DNA of 64,000 nt, taken from NCBI GenBank assembly GCA_963707635.1, contig OY970173.1:928001-992000 (forward strand), given 5' to 3'. Position 1 is the first letter of the stretch. The number at the start of each line of letters is the position of its first letter. The notes under the pieces were generated by a model. The model was not told the origin of the DNA. It did no database searches and saw only the letters and a program-made list of their open reading frames with translations. The stretch comes from Candidatus Latescibacterota bacterium. Lineage in GTDB: Bacteria > Krumholzibacteriota > Krumholzibacteriia > WVZY01 > JAKEHA01. Positions 26,338-35,334 of the stretch are shown here, piece after piece. The position numbers and the translations under genes are program-made.

Positions 26338-28773
26338 CTATTTCAGCAGATTCACCTTCGTCCGCAGCAGGCCATCCGGCGCGCGCAACTCGGCCAGGTA
26401 CACACCCGAAGCAACCGGTCGTCCGCGATGATCGAGGCCCGCCCACTCGTAGGTGTGAACACCCGCGCCCAGCGTGCCGTCGTGCACTGTCGCCACGTAG
26501 CTCCCGTCGACCGCATAGATCTTCAATGACACGCGCCCGCTGCGCGCGAGGTCGAACGCCAGCGTCGTGCGCGGGTTGAACGGATTCGGGTAGGCCGGTC
26601 GCAGCACGGTTCTCGCCGACTGCGGTGCCGAGTCGACCGGTGTTGCCTTCGGCCGTCGATCGAGCAGCACGATCAAGGGAATGCCCGCGAATCGCCCCGA
26701 AAGCACGGCATCCTGAATCGGGCCGGGATTCACCGTGTTCTGCGCGATGACTTCGATCAGGTCCGCCTTTGTGAGCGGCAGCGCCAACGCTCCGTTTGTC
26801 ATCGCGGGACCGCCGGGAATCGTCACATCCATCTCGTAGCCGAGGTCGATCCACATCGACCACGGCTGATCGGGGTACTGGAGCAGCTGGTAACCGACAC
26901 CGATCGGCCAGTCCGGCAACACCGCGATCGGTATCGTCGAGCTGGAGTGCATGAACTCCGCCACCTTCTTTCCCGCTTTCTTCAAGACCACGCGGAAATC
27001 GGGGGACTGACTGGGGCCGGGTGTCTTCAGCACGCTCACCACGGATCCGTTTGAGTTCATATGGATCGACATGCGTTGGATCGGCCCGGGTTGACTGGTG
27101 ATGAAGTCCCAGTCCGTCTGCCCCATGGTCGCGCTCGGAGGCCCCAGCGGTGCCCACTCGACGCCGAACTGGTCGGGGGGAGTCCCGGCTGGCAGGATGC
27201 ACGGTTGAAAATCGACGCCATCATTACCGCTCGCGTCGATGTCGCTGATGACGAGGCCGTCGTAGCATTTCTTGCCGTAGGCGCCGCCCCGCAGTGCCAC
27301 GTCCATTCCGATGGAACCTTGCGTGAACCGGAACGCGTTGACTTCCGCTCCCACGTTCGACAAACCGCCCACGCCGCTCAAGTTGGTGCGATCGATGATG
27401 GCAAAGAACCTGTGCCTCCTCGGCGCGTTCGAGTGCATCTTGATGGTCTTCCCCGTGACCATGCCCACGCCCGGCAGGTTGACCGGCACGGGCGTCGCAT
27501 AGCCGAGCACGAGGGCGAGGCCATCGATGTCTTCCACGCCGGTCTCTGTCGGCCAGTAGTCGGTCATGACGGCGAACGAACCCGTCATGGAGGGATTGAC
27601 TCCCAGGAGATTCCCGGATGCGTCGAAAATCTCCACGCGCGCGTCAGGCGAACCCGAACCGTTGAAGTTGGGGGTCACGCTCCACTGCGATCCGTTGAAG
27701 TTCGACGACACCTTTCCGACTTCGCCCTGGCCGCCGGCGAGGAGCTCCGCCATTACCGAAACCTCGTCCAGGTCTCCGGTGACGAAGCCGTCCTTGAGGT
27801 CCCAGATCAGGATCTCGCCCGTCTGCGACGGATGCATGTCGAACTGAAGCCCGCCGAGAACACCGGGGGGAAGGGCGATGTCGACCCCGCGGTGGTGGGT
27901 AAGCGGCGCGGCGCTCGTCGAGAGCGTCGGCGCCCCGCCGGTGTGGCTGTGGATCGTCGCCCCGCCCGAGCCGCGGTGCAGGCGCCAGAACTGTTGCTGC
28001 GCGAGGTCGTCAACGCTCATTGTATAGGGCGCAGACGCAGCCGGTACCGTGACCAGCACGTCGATGGAGTTTACCGACACGAGTCCGGCCCACCCCGCGG
28101 GGTACACGCGCAATTCGTCGCCCGTCACGATCGGGCCGCCGCTGCCGATCGACATGGTCACGTTCATGTCCCAGCGCAGGTGAAGACCGTCCGAGAGCGC
28201 GAAGGGCGCGGACGCGGGAAGCAGGAAGGGGTCGGGCAGCGGCGCGATCACACCCTCGAGATCCACCAGAAACCGGGAAGGAAAACCGGTGGCCATGATG
28301 TCACCGGACGTGCCGTCGATTTCGGCGACCGGAACGCCGTCGTTCCACACCTCCGCGCGGTAAATCGAGGGACCGGTCGGCGTGAAGTCGGGATGAACGA
28401 CGACCCCGCCCGCATTCCGCATCACTCGCCAGCACGGCTCAATCGACGCGGCGTCGTGCACGATGAAATTCATCTCGCCCCCGACCGGAAAACTCGCCGC
28501 TTCGTCGGAAAAACCGACGAGCCCGCCGCTTCCGCCACCGATCTGCATGCTGAAGCCACTGCTGTTGAAGCTGAGGTTGCCGACGTAGAGACGATTGCCC
28601 GTTATCGACGCGTTGCCGCCCAGGAGGGCGGGGCCGACCGACAGAGTTGCTCCACCCAGCGGCAACACCTCGGTGCCGAGAAAGACCACCGAGCCGCCGG
28701 CTTGAGCGAATGAGAACGTCGGGAAGACGACCGGGAGTACGAGGGCGAGGAACAGGGAGAAGCGCACGGGCAT
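26338..28773 (-). CDS. Secreted protein with three divergent copies of an unassigned domain and a FlgD-Ig/T9SS-like tail
   Basis: Signal peptide ending SFA-Q; tail YPNPFNP...ASGVY...KVNLLK; GAGGAGG RBS. Confidence 0.8.
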   Translation of the reverse strand: MPVRFSLFLALVLPVVFPTFSFAQAGGSVVFLGTEVLPLGGATLSVGPALLGGNASITGNRLYVGNLSFNSSGFSMQIGGGSGGLVGFSDEAASFPVGGEMNFIVHDAASIEPCWRVMRNAGGVVVHPDFTPTGPSIYRAEVWNDGVPVAEIDGTSGDIMATGFPSRFLVDLEGVIAPLPDPFLLPASAPFALSDGLHLRWDMNVTMSIGSGGPIVTGDELRVYPAGWAGLVSVNSIDVLVTVPAASAPYTMSVDDLAQQQFWRLHRGSGGATIHSHTGGAPTLSTSAAPLTHHRGVDIALPPGVLGGLQFDMHPSQTGEILIWDLKDGFVTGDLDEVSVMAELLAGGQGEVGKVSSNFNGSQWSVTPNFNGSGSPDARVEIFDASGNLLGVNPSMTGSFAVMTDYWPTETGVEDIDGLALVLGYATPVPVNLPGVGMVTGKTIKMHSNAPRRHRFFAIIDRTNLSGVGGLSNVGAEVNAFRFTQGSIGMDVALRGGAYGKKCYDGLVISDIDASGNDGVDFQPCILPAGTPPDQFGVEWAPLGPPSATMGQTDWDFITSQPGPIQRMSIHMNSNGSVVSVLKTPGPSQSPDFRVVLKKAGKKVAEFMHSSSTIPIAVLPDWPIGVGYQLLQYPDQPWSMWIDLGYEMDVTIPGGPAMTNGALALPLTKADLIEVIAQNTVNPGPIQDAVLSGRFAGIPLIVLLDRRPKATPVDSAPQSARTVLRPAYPNPFNPRTTLAFDLARSGRVSLKIYAVDGSYVATVHDGTLGAGVHTYEWAGLDHRGRPVASGVYLAELRAPDGLLRTKVNLLK

Positions 28774-28934
28774 GGCGACCCTCCTCGGGCGGTAAGGGGA
28801 GCCGCCTGTGTCGTCGAGATGGCGTGCGTCGAGACCCCGGCGGCCGTAGAGGTTCTCGTTAACGGTAGATAGTACCATATTGCTTCGGCCGCAGAGCAAT
28901 CGCGTCCCTCATTTTGTGATATAAGAAGAGCTTC

Positions 28935-30179
28935 ATGCGCCCCCTCACCTCCGCTGTTCTCGTCACCGTGTTGGTTGCGCACGCTGCGTTCGCTTGTGCC
29001 GGCGCCCCGCAGGGCGGCGCGGCCGTCGCGGAGAAGGTCGACTCGAGCGTTGCTCCGAGCGACACCGTTGCGCAGCAGGATGCGATCGACGTCTTGCGGC
29101 AATGGCTGCACCGCCCCGTCCAGACCGAGGTCAAGGGAACCATTCCGTTCGGCCTCGACTGGAGCCTTCTTCCGACCGTGAGCTATAACCCCGTGTACGG
29201 TGTCGCGGTCGGGGCGATGCTCTCCGGCGCAGGGCGGTTGGGGTCGAAGACCATGCGCTTCTCCCAGCTCGCGGTCTCCGCGAACTACTCGTCGGAGGGG
29301 CAGTTTCAGGCGCAGGTTCGAGGCGACGTCTATGGTGGGAACGGTAACGGCCTCATGAAGGCAGACTTTCGCTACCTCGATACCACCCGCTCCACGTGGG
29401 GACTGGGGCCCATGGAGCCGGATCAGGAAGAGTACCCGATGGAGTTCAATCTCACGCGCGCGTACGCGACGTTCTTTCGCCGCGTGAGCGGGCCCGTGTT
29501 CATCGGCCTCGGCTACCACTTCGACGAGTTTCAGGACATCGTCGACACGCGCGCCGCCGCGGGCGATTCCACGCCGTTTACGGACTACAGTGGCGGGGCC
29601 CCGGGACACACGATTGCCTCGGGTATGTCGATCAACGTCCTCGCGGACACGCGCGACAATCTGGTCAATCCTTCCGCGGGCTACTACTTGAGCTGGAGTT
29701 TTAGAAACTATCTGAAGGATCTGGGTGCGGACCAGAACTGGCAGGAGCTCTGGGTCGAGATGCGGGTCTATCCGCACGTTCCCAAGCGGAGCCAGAACGT
29801 GCTCGCCTTCTGGCTCTACGGGTGGATGACGTTCGGACCGGGGCCGTACCTCAATCTGCCTTCGGACGGATGGGACACCTACGGGCGCGGGGCGCGTGGA
29901 TATCTCCAGGGACGGATTCGAGGAGCGAGCCAGCTGTATTTCGAGAGTGAGTATCGTTTTTCACTTACGCCCAGCGGGCTGCTCGGCGGCGTGGTGTTCT
30001 ACAACATAACGACCACGACCCAGCCCGAGGAACAGTCGTTCGGCCGGCCGGACGGTGCCCTGGGGGTGGGACTGCGCCTCAAGTTCAACAAGCACACCGA
30101 CACCAATCTCACCATCGACCACGGGTGGGGTCGCGAGGGGTCGCGCGGGTTCTTTCTCGGGATGTCGGAAGTGTTCTAG
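28935..30179 (+). CDS. Omp85/BamA-TamA-like outer-membrane beta-barrel (no evident POTRA)
   Basis: Signal peptide, DTRDNLVNP, ARGYLQGR, G.GLR, terminal GMSEVF. Confidence 0.8.
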   Translation: MRPLTSAVLVTVLVAHAAFACAGAPQGGAAVAEKVDSSVAPSDTVAQQDAIDVLRQWLHRPVQTEVKGTIPFGLDWSLLPTVSYNPVYGVAVGAMLSGAGRLGSKTMRFSQLAVSANYSSEGQFQAQVRGDVYGGNGNGLMKADFRYLDTTRSTWGLGPMEPDQEEYPMEFNLTRAYATFFRRVSGPVFIGLGYHFDEFQDIVDTRAAAGDSTPFTDYSGGAPGHTIASGMSINVLADTRDNLVNPSAGYYLSWSFRNYLKDLGADQNWQELWVEMRVYPHVPKRSQNVLAFWLYGWMTFGPGPYLNLPSDGWDTYGRGARGYLQGRIRGASQLYFESEYRFSLTPSGLLGGVVFYNITTTTQPEEQSFGRPDGALGVGLRLKFNKHTDTNLTIDHGWGREGSRGFFLGMSEVF

Positions 30180-30484
30180 CTGGACGCGTGGCGGGACTTG
30201 CCAGCCTTCACCAGGCGGTATCCCTCGAGGGCGAGAGGCACCAGCGACACCGCGCGGCGAATCCAGCTCCGGGCCGCAAGGGGCGCGAGCACCAGGAACG
30301 CGCCGGCAGCGCCGACGAGCAGTCGATGACGGTTCAGGCGGCGCGCGGTCGCTACCACGGTGTCGACGATGGCGAGCTTGCGCTCGAGCCCTCCGAATAT
30401 CGCCGCCAGCTCGGCTCGCTCCTGGTCCGAGCGCTGAACCAGCGCTTGCCGCCGCTCCGCCAGCGTGTTCGTCTCGCCACTCAT
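30176..30484 (-). CDS. YqjK-like protein
   Basis: LAERRQALVQRSDQERAELA; ATGA overlap with the upstream gene; synteny with DUF883/YqjE-like genes. Confidence 0.7.
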   Translation of the reverse strand: MSGETNTLAERRQALVQRSDQERAELAAIFGGLERKLAIVDTVVATARRLNRHRLLVGAAGAFLVLAPLAARSWIRRAVSLVPLALEGYRLVKAGKSRHASS

Positions 30485-30882
30485 CGTCCCCTCCGCAGGT
30501 GCTCCCGGTCTTTTTCCAACTCGTGCAGCGTGGCATCGAAGGGCCGCGGCTTCGCGCGCAAGATCTTGCGAATGGAGCGATATCCGACTGCTGCAACAAT
30601 CAAGAACAAGAGCGCCATTCCCGCCGCCGTTAGCGAGCGATACGCCGGAGGCGCGAGCATGAGAATCATGGCGCCGAGAAAGGTCGCGCCGATCATCGCC
30701 GAGAAAACGGCGACGAGGGTCCACACCAGCACCCCGACCAGGCGCGTCAGTTCTTCTTCGAGTTCGGTGGTGAGAAGCTCGGTGCGATTGTGCAGGATCG
30801 CCAGGATCGTATCGAGCAGCGCGCGGAGGGAGTCAAAGATCCCGCGGGGTGGATCGTCGTGCGGATGGTCGTCCATGTGCAT
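30481..30882 (-). CDS. YqjE-like (phage-holin family) membrane protein
   Basis: RTELLTTELEEE, two TM helices, PFDATLHELEKD. Confidence 0.8.
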   Translation of the reverse strand: MHMDDHPHDDPPRGIFDSLRALLDTILAILHNRTELLTTELEEELTRLVGVLVWTLVAVFSAMIGATFLGAMILMLAPPAYRSLTAAGMALLFLIVAAVGYRSIRKILRAKPRPFDATLHELEKDREHLRRGR

Positions 30883-30894
30883 ATCCCTCGGTGA

Positions 30895-31224
30895 TCAGCG
30901 CCGCCGGCCGAGCTGACCCAGCAGGTAGCCGATCCCGACCGCGACCGCGACGGCGGTCCAGGGATTTTCGCGAACATAGATATCAGTAGAACGCGCGGCC
31001 GACCGGGCGCGCGCACCGACCTCGGCGCCGGCGTTGTGCATGCGCTCTCGTGCGCCGCCCAGTGTTTCCTCGGCGCGGGCGCGGATCTCGCTGATCTTTT
31101 CGCCGGCCTGGCCCTCCGTCGCGCGCAGAAGCGCCTCGGCGTCGTGGATGACGGCCTTCAGGTCAGCGAGAAGATCATCCGTCGTCACCCGTTCCTTCGC
31201 GCCATCTGCCATTCCTGTCGGCAT
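30895..31224 (-). CDS. ElaB/YqjD/DUF883 membrane-anchored ribosome-binding protein
   Basis: DAEALLRAT, YVRENPW.AV.VA.GIG.LLG, terminal RRR. Confidence 0.88.
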   Translation of the reverse strand: MPTGMADGAKERVTTDDLLADLKAVIHDAEALLRATEGQAGEKISEIRARAEETLGGARERMHNAGAEVGARARSAARSTDIYVRENPWTAVAVAVGIGYLLGQLGRRR

Positions 31225-31380
31225 GATCGTCTCCTTGCAGAAACACAACGTGTCGCAAATATCCGAAAAAGCGGTCTCATTATAGATACCATTTACGCTC
31301 GCGGTTGTCTAGAATGAGCGGGTTCACTGCGGAACAAGTGCATCCTGATGTTTCGCCACGGGACGGTCGGAGTTTTTCCA

Positions 31381-33513
31381 ATGAAGAACCAAATCCGCCA
31401 GTTTACCGTCGCGACCTGCGGCACCATCAGTGTCGCCGCTCTTCTGCTCGGCGGAACCTACACGTACGCCAGGCGCACGTTCTTCGACCCCGACGTCTTC
31501 GCGACCCGCGTGGCCGACGGGCTCGCGCAGCCCGAGCTCGCGGCCCCGGTGGCGGGGCTCCTTGCCGACCAGATCATCGCCGCGCGTCACGACCTGCTGG
31601 CCTATCGGCCCATCATCGTCGGCTCCGTGGAGCGTGTGGTGGCGTCCCCGCCGTTTCGGGCAGTTATCAAGAAAGCAGTCAGGGAGACACACGAAACCAT
31701 TCTCTCGAGCACGGGAAAGACCATCGCGCTTACGGTGAATGACGCCGGGGTCATGGTCCGCAACGCGCTCGCCAGTAACCCCGAGATCGCCGCAAAGGTG
31801 CCGTCGAAGGTGCGCGCGGTCATCGGCAACGAAAGCGACTGGCCGTCAGGAAAGTACCTCGCCCGGGTGATGCAGATCGGGAGCCGTGCCCGCACACGTT
31901 CCCTTTTCCTGCTCGGCTTGAGCCTCACCACCGGTGTGTTGGCGGTGGGACTTGCACGGCGCAAGGAGAGGTACCTCGTGCGCTACGGCCTTGCGATGGC
32001 GATCTCCGGCGTCGTGGTGGGTGCGGTGGCGCAGTTTGGCGGGCCCGTGTTCGGCTCGCTGGCCAAGACCGACTTCATGTCTCAACTGGTTCGCGGTCTG
32101 TGGGTGGCGTTCGTGGGTCCGCTGGCGCTTCGCATGTGGGTTTTTGCGGGCATCGGGCTGGTGGTGGTGGCGGGTGTTACCTCGACCTTCAGCCGCGTCG
32201 ACATCGCCGCGATCGCAGCCTGGGTGCGGCGTGGTGTCGGAAGCCGCCCGCACCGCGGCGGTCTCGGGCTCTTGCGCGCGGTGGGCATGGCGGTGCTCGG
32301 TGGAGTGGCTGCGTTTCATCCCACCCTGGCGATGCAAGTACTGGCCGTTGCCGGCGCAACCGTGCTGTTCTTCTTCGGTGTACAGGAAGTCTTTTCGATC
32401 ATCATGGGCTGGGTCCCGCAGGTGGAAGCAGCGGTCGCGGCGGCATCCGGCGGCAAGCGCTCGCATGTTCCACGCACCGTGGTGGCGGTCGTGATCGGCG
32501 TGGCGGTCATGGGCGCGGGCGTCTGGTGGTATGTCCGCCAGGATGCCACACCCGCGGCGGCCTCCGTGGTCGAGGTCTGCAACGGCCATCCGGAACTCTG
32601 CGACCGCCGCTTCAATGAAGTGGCGCTGCCCGCGACGCACAACTCGATGAGCGCGGGTGACATCGCGGACTGGATGTTCCCGAACCAGCAGAAGGGCATC
32701 CGCACGCAGCTCGATGACGGCATCCGGGGCTTCCTTGTTGACGTCCATTACGGCGTGCCGGTGGGCGACCGCATCAAGACCATCCTCGACGACGAAGTCA
32801 ACTCGGTTGCGAAGTACGAAGAGGCCATGGGCAAGGAAGCGGTGGACGCCGCCATGCGCATGCGTGACCGAATGGTGGGCAAGGAAACCGGCGAACGCGA
32901 CGTCTACCTGGGTCACGGCTTCTGCGAGCTCGGGGCCGAACGCTTCGTCGACGCGCTGGAGCAAGTCTACGAGTTCCTGGTAATGAACCCCGGCGAGGTC
33001 ATCGTCATCATCGTTCAGGACGAAGGTGTGACCCCGCAGGATGTCGCGGCCTGTTTCGAGCGAAGCGGGCTCGACCGCCTCGTCTACCGCGGAGCGGTGA
33101 CGCCCCCGTGGCCGACGTTGCGCGAGATGGTCGATAGCGACCAGCGCGTGCTGGTCCTCGGGGAAAACAACGTGGAGGGTGTGCCCTGGTACCACCACTC
33201 GACCGAGGTCTACCAGGAGACGCCGTATCGGTTCTTAGACCCGTCCGAGTTTTCGAACAAGCCGAATCGGGGAGGAACCGCGGGTTCGTTGCTGCTCATG
33301 AATCACTGGATCGAAACGACACCCACGCCGCTTCCCAGCAACGCGGAGATCGTAAACGCGTACGACTTCCTCCTCAAGCGCGCGCGCGCGTGCCAGAAGG
33401 AGCGGCACATGATCCCCAACCTGGTCGCGGTCGACTTCTATCGGAGCGGGGACTTGATGCGCGTCGTGGATGCGCTCAACGGGGTGGAGACACCCCCCGA
33501 GCCGTCGTTGTAA
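31381..33513 (+). CDS. Multi-TM membrane protein fused to a PI-PLC-like phosphodiesterase domain
   Basis: Several TM helices, then CNGHPELCDR...THNSMS, QLDDGIRG, LGHGFCELG, LMNHW, NLVAVDFY. Confidence 0.75.
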   Translation: MKNQIRQFTVATCGTISVAALLLGGTYTYARRTFFDPDVFATRVADGLAQPELAAPVAGLLADQIIAARHDLLAYRPIIVGSVERVVASPPFRAVIKKAVRETHETILSSTGKTIALTVNDAGVMVRNALASNPEIAAKVPSKVRAVIGNESDWPSGKYLARVMQIGSRARTRSLFLLGLSLTTGVLAVGLARRKERYLVRYGLAMAISGVVVGAVAQFGGPVFGSLAKTDFMSQLVRGLWVAFVGPLALRMWVFAGIGLVVVAGVTSTFSRVDIAAIAAWVRRGVGSRPHRGGLGLLRAVGMAVLGGVAAFHPTLAMQVLAVAGATVLFFFGVQEVFSIIMGWVPQVEAAVAAASGGKRSHVPRTVVAVVIGVAVMGAGVWWYVRQDATPAAASVVEVCNGHPELCDRRFNEVALPATHNSMSAGDIADWMFPNQQKGIRTQLDDGIRGFLVDVHYGVPVGDRIKTILDDEVNSVAKYEEAMGKEAVDAAMRMRDRMVGKETGERDVYLGHGFCELGAERFVDALEQVYEFLVMNPGEVIVIIVQDEGVTPQDVAACFERSGLDRLVYRGAVTPPWPTLREMVDSDQRVLVLGENNVEGVPWYHHSTEVYQETPYRFLDPSEFSNKPNRGGTAGSLLLMNHWIETTPTPLPSNAEIVNAYDFLLKRARACQKERHMIPNLVAVDFYRSGDLMRVVDALNGVETPPEPSL

Positions 33514-33526
33514 CTGCACGCCTGCC

Positions 33527-35197
33527 ATGAAACTCGTCGAGTGTGTCCCCAACTTCAGCGAGGGACGCGACCGCGGCGTGATCGACAAGATCGTCGCAGC
33601 GATCGCGTCCGCCGCCGACGCACACGTGCTCGACGTCGACCCGGGGCGCGACACCAACCGCACCGTGGTGACGTTTGTGGCACCGGTCGACCGCGCCGTC
33701 GACGCTGCCTATCGCGGCATCGCGAAAGCCGCCGAGCTGATCGACATGTCGAAGCACCGCGGCGAACACCCGCGCATGGGGGCGACCGATGTGTGTCCCT
33801 TTGTTCCGCTGGGCACCACCACCATGCAGGAATGCGTCGCTCTCGCGCGCGCACTCGGCGAGCGCGTGGGACGCGAGCTCGGCATCCCGGTTTTTCTGTA
33901 CGAGTACGCGGCCACCCGGGACGACCGCCGGAGCCTCCCGGACATTCGCGCCAGCGAGTACGAAGGCCTCGCCGGGAAACTCGCCGACCCGCACTGGAAG
34001 CCCGACTTCGGCCCGGCGACGTTCAACCCGCGCTCCGGTGCCACCGTGATCGGTGCGCGCAAGTTCCTGATCGCCTACAACGTCAACCTCAATACCCGCG
34101 ACAAGAAAAAAGCGAACGACATCGCGTTCTCGATCCGCGAGACCGGGCGCAAGGTGCGCGACGAGCACGGGCGATTCATGCGGGACATGAGCGGTGACTT
34201 CGTCTACGAAGAGGGCACGCTCAAGGCGTGCAAGGCGGTGGGCTGGTATATAGAGGAGTACCAGCGCACGCAGGTCTCCATCAATCTCACCGACTTCGAC
34301 GTGACCCCGCCGCACGTCGCGTTCGAAGAGACCCGTCGTCAGGCGGACATGCGCGGTCTGCGCGCGACCGGGAGCGAACTGGTCGGGCTGATCCCGCTGG
34401 AGGCGATGCGCCGGGCGGGCTGTTACTATCTCGAGCTCCAGGGCGCGTCGGCTGGTGTGCCCGAGGCCCAGCTCGTCGAGACGGCGATTCAATCGCTTGG
34501 ACTTCGTGAACTCGGAGGGTTCGATCCCATGCAGAAGATCATCGAGTACCGTGTTGCTCCCGACGCCCCGCTGGCGTCTTCGTCGCTGCGCAACTTCGTC
34601 GACCTGACTTCTTCCGGCACCGCGGTCCCCGGCGGCGGCTCGGTGGCCGCGCTCTCCGGCGCGACGGCGGCCGCGCTGACCGCGATGGTGGCCAACCTCA
34701 CCTTCGGGAAGAAGGGCTACGAGTCGCACAACGACGAGATGAGCGCGCTCGCCACCGAGGCGCAGGCCCTCAAGGACGAATTCCTGCGCGCGGTGGACGA
34801 CGACGCGCGCGCGTTCGACGCCGTGATGGCGGCGAACCGGCTTCCGAAGGCGACGCACGACGAACACACCCGCCGCGACGCAGCCGTCCAGGAAGCGACG
34901 AAGCGCGCGATCGAGGTGCCCCTGTCGGTGATGCGCACGTGCGCGAAGTTGCTCCCGCTGATCGAGCGGGTCGCGGAGAAGGGGAACAAGAACTCGATCA
35001 GCGACGCGGGCGTGGCGGTGATGGCCCTGAAGACCGCCGCCGGCGGCGCCTACCTGAACGTGCTGGTCAATCTCTCGGGGATCACCGACGAGAAGTACGC
35101 GAAGTCAGCCGGCGGAGAAGCGCGAACCCTTCTCGACAGCGTGTCGGACGCGGCGCCGCGGATTGCGGACAGCATCGAGAAGGGGCTCGGGGCCTAA
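33527..35197 (+). CDS. ftcD: Bifunctional glutamate formimidoyltransferase / cyclodeaminase
   Basis: LVECVPNFSEGR, HPRMGATDVCPFVP, PGGGSVAA, GNKNSISDAGV. Confidence 0.95.
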   Translation: MKLVECVPNFSEGRDRGVIDKIVAAIASAADAHVLDVDPGRDTNRTVVTFVAPVDRAVDAAYRGIAKAAELIDMSKHRGEHPRMGATDVCPFVPLGTTTMQECVALARALGERVGRELGIPVFLYEYAATRDDRRSLPDIRASEYEGLAGKLADPHWKPDFGPATFNPRSGATVIGARKFLIAYNVNLNTRDKKKANDIAFSIRETGRKVRDEHGRFMRDMSGDFVYEEGTLKACKAVGWYIEEYQRTQVSINLTDFDVTPPHVAFEETRRQADMRGLRATGSELVGLIPLEAMRRAGCYYLELQGASAGVPEAQLVETAIQSLGLRELGGFDPMQKIIEYRVAPDAPLASSSLRNFVDLTSSGTAVPGGGSVAALSGATAAALTAMVANLTFGKKGYESHNDEMSALATEAQALKDEFLRAVDDDARAFDAVMAANRLPKATHDEHTRRDAAVQEATKRAIEVPLSVMRTCAKLLPLIERVAEKGNKNSISDAGVAVMALKTAAGGAYLNVLVNLSGITDEKYAKSAGGEARTLLDSVSDAAPRIADSIEKGLGA

Positions 35198-35334
35198 TGT
35201 TCACAACTTGATTTCCGCTTGCCGATCAACTATTCTTGAGCTCTGATTGGCGCATGAGGCGAACTGAACCGCTTCACTACTCGCGTCGATAAATCTGGCC
35301 GCGCGCATTAGACCTCCTTCCTCGCGGTGTCCCC

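Noticed and set aside
28561..28600. RRM RNP2-like GNRLYVGNLSF (and M23-like HRGVDIA) inside the secreted protein near the RRM genes
   Set aside because: Both fall at equivalent positions of the protein's own internal repeat and lack the rest of the respective domains; treated as coincidence.
35310..35323. AGACCTCCT anti-SD-like motif just upstream of the second propeller gene, identical to the loop of the 227-390 RNA
   Set aside because: A single 9-mer match in the same sense, so it cannot pair with that RNA; plausible by chance.
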